Shown: in pieces, positions 1 to 9,886 of the stretch
Layout of the letters: the number at the start of each line of letters is the position of its first letter
How positions within the stretch are numbered: position 1 is the stretch's first letter
From: an uncultured virus (IMG/VR IMGVR_UViG_3300031773_001380)
Lineage: Duplodnaviria > Heunggongvirae > Uroviricota > Caudoviricetes
DNA: 64,000 nucleotides
Strand: one strand, 5' to 3'
IMG/VR virus record: IMGVR_UViG_3300031773_001380
The notes under the pieces: generated by a model
The model's database searches: none
What the model was told of the DNA's origin: nothing
Seen by the model: only the letters and a program-made list of their open reading frames with translations
Position numbers and translations under genes: made by a program

Positions 1-252
1 TCAGCTGCGCCTATCATGTTTTTCTATTGCCTTTGTAATATCTTCCAGCACTTTAACATTATATGTCATTGGATCAACAAACTCTACATTCTGACCATGA
101 AAATGCATCATGGTATATCCTCTCTTGTCTTTCTTTGACATAACAAAATCTATCATCCTAGCGATGCCATCTTTTGTGCCTATTTTATAACTTGTATAGG
201 AACACCCTCCCATCACTAAAAACATAATTCCTAATTCTATGTAAGTTGTCAT
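1..252 (-). CDS. hypothetical protein with N-terminal hydrophobic helix
   Basis: 83-aa ORF; ATGA overlap with the upstream radical SAM gene. Confidence 0.6.
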   Translation of the reverse strand: MTTYIELGIMFLVMGGCSYTSYKIGTKDGIARMIDFVMSKKDKRGYTMMHFHGQNVEFVDPMTYNVKVLEDITKAIEKHDRRS

Positions 253-1868
253 ACTGCCTCCAATTTCTTTCTTTTGTAATCTTCTATTAATGACATGTGA
301 AGTTTTATATTCTCAACACCTAATGGCTTTATGTCTGCAAATGTCTTTCTCATGTCGTCTAAATTGTATTTACCACCTGTTATATATCTGTGGTAATAAA
401 ATATACCTGGACCTAGTTTACTAGGCAATTCAGGTGTTGAAACTATCTCAGCAAATATCTTCCATGCGTCCCAAACAGTCATATCGTCGTGTTCCCAATC
501 TAATACACCATCTGCCTTCATGTAAAACTCTACTACCTCTCGAAGTCTTTCAGGTATCTGGTTATAGTCTACTCCTAGTTCCTCGTGTGTTTTCTCTCTA
601 AATACATTTCCTTCTTGCCATGTTTTATCAAATACACTAGGGTTAGTCATCATTCGTAAACTATCATTATTTGATATCATTAATGGTGCAAAGTTATATG
701 ACTGCCCTGGCATGTTTTTCATTACCCAGTCTTTAGCATCGAGGAATGTTTCTTTTGTTTCATGTGGTATGCCTATTATCATAGATATTGTAGCTCTGTA
801 TTTGCCTTTTGCTTGGAACCACTCTCGAACTTTAATAAGTCCTTCTTTTAATCTATCAGGATTCATTCCCTTACCTACATACTTGCCTGCCTCATGATTA
901 AAAGTTTCTATGCCATAAAAGTGAGACCAAAAGCCCATATCCCACATGTCTTCCCAAGTTTCAGGATGTGCTACTAATAAATCTGCTCTGGCAAATCCTG
1001 ATAGCTGTGGTGTAAATGGTAATTTCCTAACAACACGAGCTATCTTTGCTAGCTTCTCAGGTCTGTCGTTCACTGTCTCATCTGAGATTGTGTACATTGT
1101 TGTTCCCCAACTTTTATAGTTGTCGTTAAGTTCATCTTCTAGGCTCTGTTCACATCTGGAATAATCTCCTTTAACTCCTAGCACTGTGAATGAACAGAAC
1201 TTACATTGGAACTTACACCCACGAGCTAATTCAATAGTTAATATCTCATCTGGTTGTATATAATCTCTTTCCTCATATTTAACATGAGCATTAGGAAATG
1301 GATATGCTGGGAAATCTGTTTGACATTCTATTACATTCCTTTCAGCACCCCAATAGAACTTTTTATGAACAATACAATTATTAGGTTTGCCTGTAAGTTT
1401 CTTTAATAATTCTAGTATGCCATACTCTCCAAATCCACCTATAAAATAGTCTAATGGATATGCTAGTGTAGCATTTATATTTTGTGAACCACCTACCCAT
1501 GTGAGATTAGGATATTTCTCTTTCATATATTTAAGATTCTCTACCAGCTCTGTTACTCGTTGCTGGTTCTTTTTGCCTGAGCCTCCTAATGGAAACATAG
1601 CAGACAATCCAACCCAGACTGTATCCTCTCTTACTCTTGATTCAAAGAACTGTTCAAGTTCCTCTCGTGTCCATGCAGGCCAAAAGTCTAAGACTTCTAT
1701 GTCCCATCCTTCCTCTCGTAAAAATGTAGCAATACGATGTGCACCTGCTGACCTTTTAATACTAGGCCAGAAGTCAGGTTTATCGCTATCGTCTTGAGCG
1801 TCTAACTGATTCCTTGTTTCCGAGGTATCCTCTCTTTCTAGGATGCCACCTAATATTATTCCGTGCAT
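249..1868 (-). CDS. B12-binding-domain radical SAM protein
   Basis: ELARGCKFQCKFC (CxxxCxxC), DET, FYGIETF and IIGIPHET motifs; N-terminal cobalamin-binding-like domain (AGAHRIATFLR...GLSAMF...VGG). Confidence 0.85.
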   Translation of the reverse strand: MHGIILGGILEREDTSETRNQLDAQDDSDKPDFWPSIKRSAGAHRIATFLREEGWDIEVLDFWPAWTREELEQFFESRVREDTVWVGLSAMFPLGGSGKKNQQRVTELVENLKYMKEKYPNLTWVGGSQNINATLAYPLDYFIGGFGEYGILELLKKLTGKPNNCIVHKKFYWGAERNVIECQTDFPAYPFPNAHVKYEERDYIQPDEILTIELARGCKFQCKFCSFTVLGVKGDYSRCEQSLEDELNDNYKSWGTTMYTISDETVNDRPEKLAKIARVVRKLPFTPQLSGFARADLLVAHPETWEDMWDMGFWSHFYGIETFNHEAGKYVGKGMNPDRLKEGLIKVREWFQAKGKYRATISMIIGIPHETKETFLDAKDWVMKNMPGQSYNFAPLMISNNDSLRMMTNPSVFDKTWQEGNVFREKTHEELGVDYNQIPERLREVVEFYMKADGVLDWEHDDMTVWDAWKIFAEIVSTPELPSKLGPGIFYYHRYITGGKYNLDDMRKTFADIKPLGVENIKLHMSLIEDYKRKKLEAV

Positions 1869-2176
1869 TATCCTGATAGGCTATTAAATAAATTTCTCAA
1901 TAGAAATAATAAACCTACTCCATTTAATAGTATTAAAGCTCTGTCCTTCCATAGGAAACTTACAATTAACCATAGAAATACACCAATAGATGATAATATT
2001 AAATCTGCTTGTTCCCAACCAACAACACCTCTGATAGACATTGCAGTCAATATAATAGAAGAAGCAACCCACTTAACATACCAATCAATAGTATATTTAG
2101 GAGTAGCTGATTTGAATATTCGTCTGGAGTTTTCTATTTCTTCTTTGGTAAACTTTACTTCATCTCTCTTTGACAT
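1868..2176 (-). CDS. small multi-pass membrane protein (DUF6552-like)
   Basis: Three hydrophobic segments; WYVKWVAS and WKDRALILLN motifs. Confidence 0.65.
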   Translation of the reverse strand: MSKRDEVKFTKEEIENSRRIFKSATPKYTIDWYVKWVASSIILTAMSIRGVVGWEQADLILSSIGVFLWLIVSFLWKDRALILLNGVGLLFLLRNLFNSLSG

Positions 2177-2753
2177 AATTATAAATGTCCTCCCAGGACT
2201 TAACCATTTTAATATCTCCGGAAGTGTAATCTAAATTATGACCATGTTCCATTAGTAAAGAATCAAAACCAACATTAGCTCCGGCTTCTGCGTTTATGTA
2301 TTTGTCTTCTACCCAAATACTACCATCGTATTTATTAGCCAATTCAATTAGAATATTATCTTTATCTGCACCACAAGGTAAGTAGTGATACTCTACAAAA
2401 GTATCGTTACCAAATAGTTTTTTGAGATTACATGTTCTAAGTCGCTGTGCATAAACATCATCACTTAGACTTGTAACTGCAACAAATCTGTATCCTAACT
2501 TTTCAGCTAGTAATTTAATGTAATATTGTGCATCCCTTAAGGGTGGTAAAAAGCCCATGTGTGCTGAGCTATTGAACTGAGCAACTAATCTGTCTGCTTG
2601 TTCTTTAGTTATGTCATACTGATTGCACACACTATAAACACCTTTGTTTACTGCTACATGACCATTTGATTCCATCCAAGTGTGGAATGCAAATTCCCAG
2701 TCTAGGCATACACCATCACAATCTGTTAATATTATCTTATTTTTCTTTATCAT
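2160..2753 (-). CDS. HAD-superfamily phosphatase (5'-nucleotidase-like)
   Basis: Motif I ILTDCDGV, motif IV WVEDK; start moved to ATG 2753, just downstream of a promoter. Confidence 0.75.
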   Translation of the reverse strand: MIKKNKIILTDCDGVCLDWEFAFHTWMESNGHVAVNKGVYSVCNQYDITKEQADRLVAQFNSSAHMGFLPPLRDAQYYIKLLAEKLGYRFVAVTSLSDDVYAQRLRTCNLKKLFGNDTFVEYHYLPCGADKDNILIELANKYDGSIWVEDKYINAEAGANVGFDSLLMEHGHNLDYTSGDIKMVKSWEDIYNYVKER

Positions 2754-2759
2754 ACTATA

Positions 2760-2788
2760 ATTATGCACTCTTTAGAACCTTTTGTCAA
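2760..2788 (-). promoter_or_regulatory. sigma70-type early/middle promoter
   Basis: TTGACA-17 bp-CATAAT, with GGTTC in the spacer. Confidence 0.7.
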
Positions 2789-3233
2789 GTGATTTTATTG
2801 ATTTAATGGAAGTTTTAAGGGTATTCTTTATAAATGAATGTGCTAGTTTAGGTTGTAATTCCCATGCTTCTCTCTCCCATGGTTCCTTTCTACCTGTCTC
2901 CAAGCCCTTCCAAAGTTGTTTTTGTCCTGATTTGTTATGTGTAAGCTCTTTCCTTACACCTTGTTTGACGTGTACCATCTCGTGGCATGTGGTTAGGATT
3001 AAACCGTATATTGGTTGGTCTTTGTCTATTTCTAACCAATAATAATTGTGTTCTAGATGACTACAATAGCCAACTACATTTTCTTTTTCTTCTAATCTGT
3101 CTAGTGTAACCTCTACCCATAGTGTCCTTACTCTAGGTATAAGTTGATCAACGCAATGTTCAACTACTTGTTCTACTATCTTACGCTGACTTTTTAAACC
3201 ACCAAACACTTCAACATGGTTGTTGGGGTGCAT
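2772..3233 (-). CDS. putative zinc metallopeptidase
   Basis: CHEMVH (HExxH) plus PWEREA third-ligand motif. Confidence 0.7.
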   Translation of the reverse strand: MHPNNHVEVFGGLKSQRKIVEQVVEHCVDQLIPRVRTLWVEVTLDRLEEKENVVGYCSHLEHNYYWLEIDKDQPIYGLILTTCHEMVHVKQGVRKELTHNKSGQKQLWKGLETGRKEPWEREAWELQPKLAHSFIKNTLKTSIKSIKSLDKRF

Positions 3234-3236
3234 GAT

Positions 3237-3494
3237 CTACTCCTCATTAGGCATATCAATTCTAGTAAGTGGGTTTTCTCTTTCCCTTAGAGTAACCTCT
3301 AATTTAGGCAATAACTTATCAGTCAAATGATCTTCTGTTAAGGCTGAAGCTAATTGTGTTAATTGCCAGTCAGTCATTCTTTTTATTTGTTCTGTAACAA
3401 AAACGACATCGGTTACGTCGAAGCCTGAGGCCCCCTTGCTAGATTTAGACATGTTAATGGTACCACGCTTAAATGGATTAGTTGGTATAGCCAT
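3237..3494 (-). CDS. hypothetical protein
   Basis: 85-aa ORF coupled to upstream gene (TAATG). Confidence 0.55.
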   Translation of the reverse strand: MAIPTNPFKRGTINMSKSSKGASGFDVTDVVFVTEQIKRMTDWQLTQLASALTEDHLTDKLLPKLEVTLRERENPLTRIDMPNEE

Positions 3495-3772
3495 TAATTA
3501 TTCCTCCTTAGATATTCGTCAACAAGTGAGTCTCCAGATGTTACATCATCTAGGAACCACACTTCCTCTCCTGTGTTGATTATGGTCCTTTGAATACGAC
3601 CATCGTTATATTGGATATCTCTTACATGGCCAGAGTCAGTATCTGCTGGTCTATTGTCGTACCACATGCTTTTCAGTCTATGTGAATGTACTGACCTAAT
3701 TCCTTTAGCCCACTTCTCTGCCTGTAACATTACCTTTTGGTATTCAACTCTATCATCATATTGTGTCATCAT
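3494..3772 (-). CDS. hypothetical protein
   Basis: 92-aa ORF with GAGGA RBS, downstream of a promoter. Confidence 0.6.
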   Translation of the reverse strand: MMTQYDDRVEYQKVMLQAEKWAKGIRSVHSHRLKSMWYDNRPADTDSGHVRDIQYNDGRIQRTIINTGEEVWFLDDVTSGDSLVDEYLRRNN

Positions 3773-3792
3773 ATTCCTCGATTTATGTGTAT

Positions 3793-3821
3793 ATGATAGC
3801 AGAAAGAGTACCTAAAGTCAA
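3793..3821 (-). promoter_or_regulatory. sigma70-type early/middle promoter
   Basis: TTGACT-17 bp-TATCAT, with GGTAC in the spacer. Confidence 0.65.
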
Positions 3822-3867
3822 CCTCGATTAGCTCTTTTGGTACTCTTCCCTTAGTGATATTATACTG

Positions 3868-4029
3868 TTATTCGCCTTTGACTAGTGTCCATATTCCGTA
3901 TGCTAAAGCCACCCACGCTGCTATTTTGGCAAGTCCACCAAATAATATAATAGCAAGTGATACTCCTATAATAACTGCACCATCCCAAGATGTTCTTTCT
4001 CCGATGCGATCTTTTAATATATCTAACAT
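3868..4029 (-). CDS. 53-aa two-helix membrane protein (holin-like size), not in ORF track
   Basis: MLDILKDRIGERTSWDGAVIIGVSLAIILFGGLAKIAAWVALAYGIWTLVKGE; AAGGAG RBS. Confidence 0.7.
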   Translation of the reverse strand: MLDILKDRIGERTSWDGAVIIGVSLAIILFGGLAKIAAWVALAYGIWTLVKGE

Positions 4030-4056
4030 AAGTTGCTCCTTAGTTTTAGTTAATGA

Positions 4057-4560
4057 TTAGTCAGTTTCTCTGGGAATTATTGACCAACGGCCAAACAATA
4101 CGACTGAATAGTATGATGCATATGCTTTCCATTTAGCAACAGGTGGAGTAGACTCCAACATTGCCTCTAGAAATATAGTATCCGCTATCTTTTTGCATTG
4201 TGCTGATAGTCGTTTTGAATGAGCGGTTTCCCCTTCACCACCTGAGCCGACATGATAGCCATTATCTTCACGATATTCTCTAATCTTAGAGTATAACTCG
4301 TCGTGTATAACAGCTGATCTTGCTATATCAAATGGGGCAATAAATGCCCATGCCACTCTAGGTACTGAAGCCAAATCAGTTTTAAATCCTTTTTTAGCAG
4401 TAATCTTTCCTGCCTTTGTAAGTTTAATACCAACTTCTTTTAGTGCTTTTCTATCTTTTTCATCTAGTATATCACTATCAAAAGTTAGACTAGCTTGCAG
4501 CTCCCACCTTTTAGGTGGTGTAAACTTAGCGTCAAGTAATTTGTTAAATTTCGATGCCAT
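4057..4560 (-). CDS. DUF1353-family protein
   Basis: GFKTDLASVPR...AVIHDELY...ADTIFLEAM signature; follows a late promoter. Confidence 0.75.
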   Translation of the reverse strand: MASKFNKLLDAKFTPPKRWELQASLTFDSDILDEKDRKALKEVGIKLTKAGKITAKKGFKTDLASVPRVAWAFIAPFDIARSAVIHDELYSKIREYREDNGYHVGSGGEGETAHSKRLSAQCKKIADTIFLEAMLESTPPVAKWKAYASYYSVVLFGRWSIIPRETD

Positions 4561-4585
4561 TATGTTCTCCATGTTTTAGCGTTAC

Positions 4586-4593
4586 TATTTATA
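4586..4593 (-). promoter_or_regulatory. T4-type late promoter TATAAATA
   Basis: Exact box; contains the stop codon of the upstream gene. Confidence 0.7.
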
Positions 4594-6010
4594 ATACCTT
4601 TACATTGTATCGTGCTTGAAATGCCTTTGCATCTGCTGTATTGTTTACAATAGGTTTACCTTTAATGTTTAGACTCGTATTTAATAACATAGGACAACCT
4701 GTTTGGTCTCTCCATGCTACCAGCAGTTGATATAGTCCAGGATGTTGTTTTCTTGTAACAGTTTGCACTCTACTTGTACCATCTATATGTACAATAGCAG
4801 GAAACATACCAGGCTCTTTACATCTAGCAGTAAACTGCATGAATGGTGTCTCCTTGCAAGGCATATTAAAATACTTATGAGCCTCTTCTGCTAATATTAC
4901 AGGTGCAAATGGTCTAAACTTCTGTCGTCTCTTTATCTCATTTACTTTATCTTTTATTTCAGCACCTCTAGGGTCTGCTAGTAGTGAGCGATTACCTAAT
5001 GCTCTAGGTCCAAACTCTGCTCTGCCATTTGCTACACCTACTATTTGATTATCTAATAGTTCTCTTAACAGCCCTTGTGCTGGATAAGGACCTGGTATAT
5101 TATATCCTAGATAAGGACTAAACTCTACATGTTTGTATGTGCTGTCTAATACAGCTCCTAGTGATGAACCAGCATCTCCAGGGTTAGGCATTATCCACAC
5201 ATTGTCATAATATTCTAATGCAATAGTATTTGCAACACAATTTAATGCACACCCACCCATGAGAACTAAGTTGTTACTCTTATCCCATTTTTTAGACTTG
5301 ACTAATAACTTTGTAAACTCTTCCTCATATATCTTCTGTGTAGCTGCTGCCATATCAAAATGGTCTTGTTCATTATTATATGTAGGTAACAATCCTCTCA
5401 CACCTCTGTGAACATTCTGTTTTAACAGTGGTTTAATGTGTTTGTAAAATCTATCAGGGTCTCCATATGCTGCCATACCCATTAATATATACTCGTCCTC
5501 AAGAGGTTTTAGTCCAATCCTTTGCGTCATTGCACTATAAAATAAACCTAATGACTTAGGATAATTAGCAGACCACATCGGTTCTTGATACATGCCATTC
5601 CATATGGTTGTAGTTTGGAACTCTCCTATAGCATCTATAACAATAATCATTGCATTGTCTATATCAAATGGACTTGTAAATAGTCCAGCTGCTGCATGTG
5701 TACTGTGGTGCATGTGATATCTAATTCTTTTATCTATACCAAATGCTCTTAATCTTTCTCTAAAATTGTTCTTTTTCCACTCTTGTCCAGCCCTCCAGCG
5801 TCTTATATTCTTTCTAAAATGATTTTCGTACCAATGTACCTGGTCAGGCTCGCCATACTGTAAAGCATCATCTATTATATCCTGATTTAGATTAGGATCG
5901 TTCTTAATACCGCTATATCTTTCTGCATGTCCAGCAAATAGTATCTCATTGCCATCTACTACTGCAATAGAGGCATCATGATTGTATGCAGATATACCCC
6001 ATTTAATCAT
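4589..6010 (-). CDS. carbamoyltransferase (NodU/CmcH/TobZ family)
   Basis: HDAS, HHSTHAA, DAIGE, GGCALNC, EFGPRALGNRS, RPFAP and LNTSLN motifs. Confidence 0.9.
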   Translation of the reverse strand: MIKWGISAYNHDASIAVVDGNEILFAGHAERYSGIKNDPNLNQDIIDDALQYGEPDQVHWYENHFRKNIRRWRAGQEWKKNNFRERLRAFGIDKRIRYHMHHSTHAAAGLFTSPFDIDNAMIIVIDAIGEFQTTTIWNGMYQEPMWSANYPKSLGLFYSAMTQRIGLKPLEDEYILMGMAAYGDPDRFYKHIKPLLKQNVHRGVRGLLPTYNNEQDHFDMAAATQKIYEEEFTKLLVKSKKWDKSNNLVLMGGCALNCVANTIALEYYDNVWIMPNPGDAGSSLGAVLDSTYKHVEFSPYLGYNIPGPYPAQGLLRELLDNQIVGVANGRAEFGPRALGNRSLLADPRGAEIKDKVNEIKRRQKFRPFAPVILAEEAHKYFNMPCKETPFMQFTARCKEPGMFPAIVHIDGTSRVQTVTRKQHPGLYQLLVAWRDQTGCPMLLNTSLNIKGKPIVNNTADAKAFQARYNVKVL

Positions 6011-6128
6011 ATATAAACGGGTCTCTCTTTCTGATTTCCTCTAGACGTTTCCTACGCTCTCGAGCCTTCTTCCACTTCTCGTAGCGTTCTAGGACTTTGG
6101 GTGATCGTTTCTTCTTCTCTTTGTCCAT
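6003..6128 (-). CDS. 41-aa basic peptide ending RKRDPFIYD, not in ORF track
   Basis: AGGAG RBS; overlaps the carbamoyltransferase start. Confidence 0.65.
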   Translation of the reverse strand: MDKEKKKRSPKVLERYEKWKKARERRKRLEEIRKRDPFIYD

Positions 6129-6145
6129 AATATAACTCCTATTCT

Positions 6146-6157
6146 TATTTATAAATA
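6146..6157. promoter_or_regulatory. overlapping divergent late promoters (TATTTATAAATA)
   Basis: Palindrome reads TATAAATA on both strands, at the strand switch point. Confidence 0.7.
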
Positions 6158-6183
6158 GTATTTAGACATTAGGATAAAGTGGT

Positions 6184-7635
6184 ATGGCAGATACAACGGC
6201 AAAAGCAGAATGCGCACAGGCACTATTTTGTGCTATGGCAGACTATATAGGCGCAACAGAAGTAGAGAAGATATTCAAAGGACCAGATGCACATGTAGAT
6301 GCTACTAATAAAGCTGGTACAAAGACAGGTCGTAAACGATTAGAAACATTTGAAGAATTTGAGAACAGACTATTACCATTAAGAAACGATAATGTTAATA
6401 CAGGACAAGACCTAGTAGAACTTGCCTGGAATGATAGAATACTATCTAAAACATTACCTGATGTTAATTTAAGAGTATTAAGAGAGTTCTTAAAAGATGA
6501 TAAGTGGCATTTATCTAGTAGAACTATTGCAATCACACTAATAAAAGATATAGCAGACAAACTAGACGCTGACTTAAAGTCTAAGTTCGTACCAGAAGGA
6601 TTTGATGAGATATTCTATTTCAGAGGAGATAAAGATGTCATGGCTAACCTAGAAAAAATGTTTAAAATTGCTAACAAGAATGAGGATAAACCATTTGGAG
6701 ATGTAAACAAGTGGAGTCCAGCTGATATATATTTCTCTACAAATGCAGGTAAAAAGAGAATAGGTGCGGAATTAGATATTGCAAACGATAAGAAGACTTT
6801 TACGTTTGACATGCATCTTAATCCTATTGTAATAGAACTAATAGACTCAGGTGATTTATTACCACTATCACTTAAAAAGGCAGGTGATACAGCAAGGTTA
6901 TATAAAATAAACTATGTAAGAGCAACGGAAGAAAGGATATTATCTGAAATTAAAAGAGACCCAAGTGCTTCAGGTAGGTATGGTGATACTGTAGATAAAT
7001 GGAAACCCATAACAAGTAGAGAACAAATAGGTGCTAAAGGTTATGCCAGGGACTTACAGATTGGTTGTGTAGCTGAAAATAGTGGTGGACAAATTAAACT
7101 TAGGCACGATGCTTCCGGTGCCTCCTGGAAGACAGAGTTTATTGGTGGTGCATTAGCTAGAGGTGGTAGTATTGGTTCACACAATATAATGTCAAAGGTA
7201 TGGGCTAATGTTAGTCCACAAAGAGCACAGGCATTCTTTAATGCGTTCGTTGCTGGCAATGAGAAGTTTAAGCAAACACTAAAAGATCCTAAGTATGTAG
7301 TAACAGAGTTGCCACCATGGCCACAATGGTCAGAAGAACAGAATAAGTTTGTGCCACAATCAGATCTATTACCAATAGGAGAATACAACGCTCCAGGTGA
7401 TAAGAAACCAAATGCAAAACTTACTCTAACATCTGTAAAGAGTAAACTAGATCAAAAACAAAAGAAATGGTTTGATGATGAACGTGGTTGGTTAAGTGCA
7501 ATACATGTTACAAACAATGTGCAACCTATAGTTATTGACCAAGTTAAAACTGCAGGCGATGATTTTATTAAATTTACATATGAGTATATGACATCGAGAA
7601 CAAGACGTTCTGCGAGATTTATAATAGCTAAATGA
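6184..7635 (+). CDS. putative PD-(D/E)xK-like endonuclease
   Basis: KWSPADIY ... LPLSLKK motif pair; 483 aa. Confidence 0.5.
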   Translation: MADTTAKAECAQALFCAMADYIGATEVEKIFKGPDAHVDATNKAGTKTGRKRLETFEEFENRLLPLRNDNVNTGQDLVELAWNDRILSKTLPDVNLRVLREFLKDDKWHLSSRTIAITLIKDIADKLDADLKSKFVPEGFDEIFYFRGDKDVMANLEKMFKIANKNEDKPFGDVNKWSPADIYFSTNAGKKRIGAELDIANDKKTFTFDMHLNPIVIELIDSGDLLPLSLKKAGDTARLYKINYVRATEERILSEIKRDPSASGRYGDTVDKWKPITSREQIGAKGYARDLQIGCVAENSGGQIKLRHDASGASWKTEFIGGALARGGSIGSHNIMSKVWANVSPQRAQAFFNAFVAGNEKFKQTLKDPKYVVTELPPWPQWSEEQNKFVPQSDLLPIGEYNAPGDKKPNAKLTLTSVKSKLDQKQKKWFDDERGWLSAIHVTNNVQPIVIDQVKTAGDDFIKFTYEYMTSRTRRSARFIIAK

Positions 7636-8159
7636 CCAATTTATTCTTTCTCTTTATCCACAATAACGAAATTTATATAACAGATAGTGATCATGTTCAA
7701 GATGTTCCTAAGCCTAGAGAGCTAGTAAGAAGGTTCTCTACTATTGAACAAATAAGAGACCATGCCTTATATTTAGGCATTCCAGTTAAAAGCGATACAG
7801 CTCGAGAGAGAACCAAACACCACACACCAGAAGGAATAGAAAGAATAAGAGAAGCAAAGTTGGGTGACAATCATCCAGCAGTACAAAATGGTAGAGGTGC
7901 AGAGTTTAGAGAGAAAGTATCAAGGACAATGACAGGCACAAGAGGTGGTGAGAACAATCCTATGTGGGGCAGAAGACATTCAAAAGAAACAAGACAAAAA
8001 ATGCACCAAGCAGCTGCACTTAAAGAGCGTAGACGTTGGTGTGTATCTCCTACAGGTAAATCAACTACAATAGCTATTAGTGAACCATTACCTGATGGTT
8101 GGCAATGGGGTAGGTTTTATGATAAGTACAGACCAGACCCTGAGAGACTACCTGAATAA
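7632..8159 (+). CDS. NUMOD3 DNA-binding-motif protein, no intact nuclease domain
   Basis: GENNPMWGRRHSKETRQKM, HTPEGIERIR and C-terminal PDGWQWGR; ATGA coupling. Confidence 0.7.
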   Translation: MTNLFFLFIHNNEIYITDSDHVQDVPKPRELVRRFSTIEQIRDHALYLGIPVKSDTARERTKHHTPEGIERIREAKLGDNHPAVQNGRGAEFREKVSRTMTGTRGGENNPMWGRRHSKETRQKMHQAAALKERRRWCVSPTGKSTTIAISEPLPDGWQWGRFYDKYRPDPERLPE

Positions 8160-9320
8160 AATAGGCCAAAGCTTTTTAGATGGCAATTTATCTTCTTTAA
8201 GTGAACCTTTAATCTTTCCTAATAATCTATCAGTTGTAGCATGGAATTTTGTAAAGTCCTCTCCAGGCTCGTGTAATCTATCTTCTAATGCTTTTTTAAA
8301 TTGTAGTAGATATTTTAGTTGTGGCTCTTTAGGGTGGAAGTCTATATTATTTAATACTATGTCTAATTGCCATAATGCTTCCTCTTTAATAGCAGGTGTC
8401 TGTTCCATTATATCTAAGGCTCGTGGTGTAATAAGACCAGTCCAACCTATGTTCCTATCAAATATGTCAGAATTAAGTACATAATCGTAAAATTCTGCTA
8501 AATTTAGAGCAGAATATACGCAATATGTAGGGAATACTCTTATCTTTTGTCCTGAACGTTCATGTATATATCGTAAGTTGTGTTCAAATTTATCCCAAAC
8601 ACCATTGTGTCTTACATATTCAAAACGAGGACCTATACATTCAAAACTAACTTGCCATTCTACCTGAGGAAAGTCTAGCAATGCTTGTGCTATATCATTT
8701 GTTTCCATAGGAGACATAAAATTACTCAATACAAAAAACTTAAAGTCTCCTGACTCCTTAGCTTTTTCAATAAGTTTAAGATTAGGTTTTAATAGTAATG
8801 GCTCACCACCTAATAGACTAGCACTTTTATATGTATCACTATGTTCAGCAAATATGTAATCAATTAAGTTATCAGGTGTATCAGGTAGGTTCTTCCACTT
8901 GTAATCATTCTTAACTCTAGCCCATTGTGATGAAAAGTGTGGACCACAATATGTACATGATAGATTACAAGTATTACTCCATCGTAAGTCTGTTTCTTTT
9001 AGTGCAAAGTAATCAGGTGTTATCTTATCTATTAAGTCGTCCCATCTAGGTGGTGCGTTCTGAGATCGCTGTGATTCCATTCCTTTAGACTCAGACTCTT
9101 TACATTGGATACAGGCAGGATGCCATTCACCATTACAAATAGACGTTCTCATGTCTTTAATGAGAGGACCGTCTATTATTTCTTTTAAGGGGATTTCTTT
9201 TATATTACCTAGTGAGCCTTCCATGGCACAACAAGGTTTAACTTTACCGTCTGTTTCTAAGAATAAGTTCTCAAACGGATAAGAGCAAAATGTTTCTTTA
9301 TTAGGGCTTCCTTTGGACAC
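8148..9320 (-). CDS. SPASM/twitch-domain radical SAM protein
   Basis: N-terminal FCSYPF...KPCC...CIQC; SNTCNLSCTYC; LGGEPLL. Confidence 0.85.
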   Translation of the reverse strand: MSKGSPNKETFCSYPFENLFLETDGKVKPCCAMEGSLGNIKEIPLKEIIDGPLIKDMRTSICNGEWHPACIQCKESESKGMESQRSQNAPPRWDDLIDKITPDYFALKETDLRWSNTCNLSCTYCGPHFSSQWARVKNDYKWKNLPDTPDNLIDYIFAEHSDTYKSASLLGGEPLLLKPNLKLIEKAKESGDFKFFVLSNFMSPMETNDIAQALLDFPQVEWQVSFECIGPRFEYVRHNGVWDKFEHNLRYIHERSGQKIRVFPTYCVYSALNLAEFYDYVLNSDIFDRNIGWTGLITPRALDIMEQTPAIKEEALWQLDIVLNNIDFHPKEPQLKYLLQFKKALEDRLHEPGEDFTKFHATTDRLLGKIKGSLKEDKLPSKKLWPILFR

Positions 9321-9325
9321 ATCGG

Positions 9326-9333
9326 TATTTATG
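9326..9333 (-). promoter_or_regulatory. late promoter variant CATAAATA
   Basis: 5 nt before the GTG start of the radical SAM gene. Confidence 0.55.
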
Positions 9334-9886
9334 CCGTGTCAGTTGCTGTAAAGTCTACCTTTGCTTTTAGCTCTTCCATTTTCTTAGAAGTATCTTTTGC
9401 CTTAAATGCTTTTTTCTTAGTTGCTTTTGTTACAGCGTCATACTCTGTAATACCTAAGTCTTTTAATATACCTTCTAATTTAGGATACAATACAATTAAA
9501 GATCTGTCTTTAACATGAGTAAGTAAATCTGCTTCCTTATGGTGTACACCTTCTAGGATTTGTAGCCAGTTCATCTCTTGTTTCCATTGTGGCAAGTTTT
9601 TCATATTACTTGCTGGATCTGTGAACTGTTTAATCCTTCGCCATTCCATAGTAATAGATGTTTCACCCATACCATCTGGTATGTCGTCTTGTATCTTATT
9701 ACCGTCTGGCATACCCTCAGGTAAATCCCACTCTATTTTCTCTGCGCCAACACCCCAACGAACTAACGGAACCACAGTTTGATTGGTCGCTGCTATTTCT
9801 TTTAATCTTGAGATGTGTTCTTTTTTGCCTTTGCCTTGGAATACCCAATCGAAGGCTTCATTCATTTGCCTAAATTTTTGTGCCAT
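9329..9886 (-). CDS. conserved T4-like phage protein (DUF6433-like)
   Basis: WDLPEG and QILEGVHHKEADLL motifs. Confidence 0.6.
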   Translation of the reverse strand: MAQKFRQMNEAFDWVFQGKGKKEHISRLKEIAATNQTVVPLVRWGVGAEKIEWDLPEGMPDGNKIQDDIPDGMGETSITMEWRRIKQFTDPASNMKNLPQWKQEMNWLQILEGVHHKEADLLTHVKDRSLIVLYPKLEGILKDLGITEYDAVTKATKKKAFKAKDTSKKMEELKAKVDFTATDTA

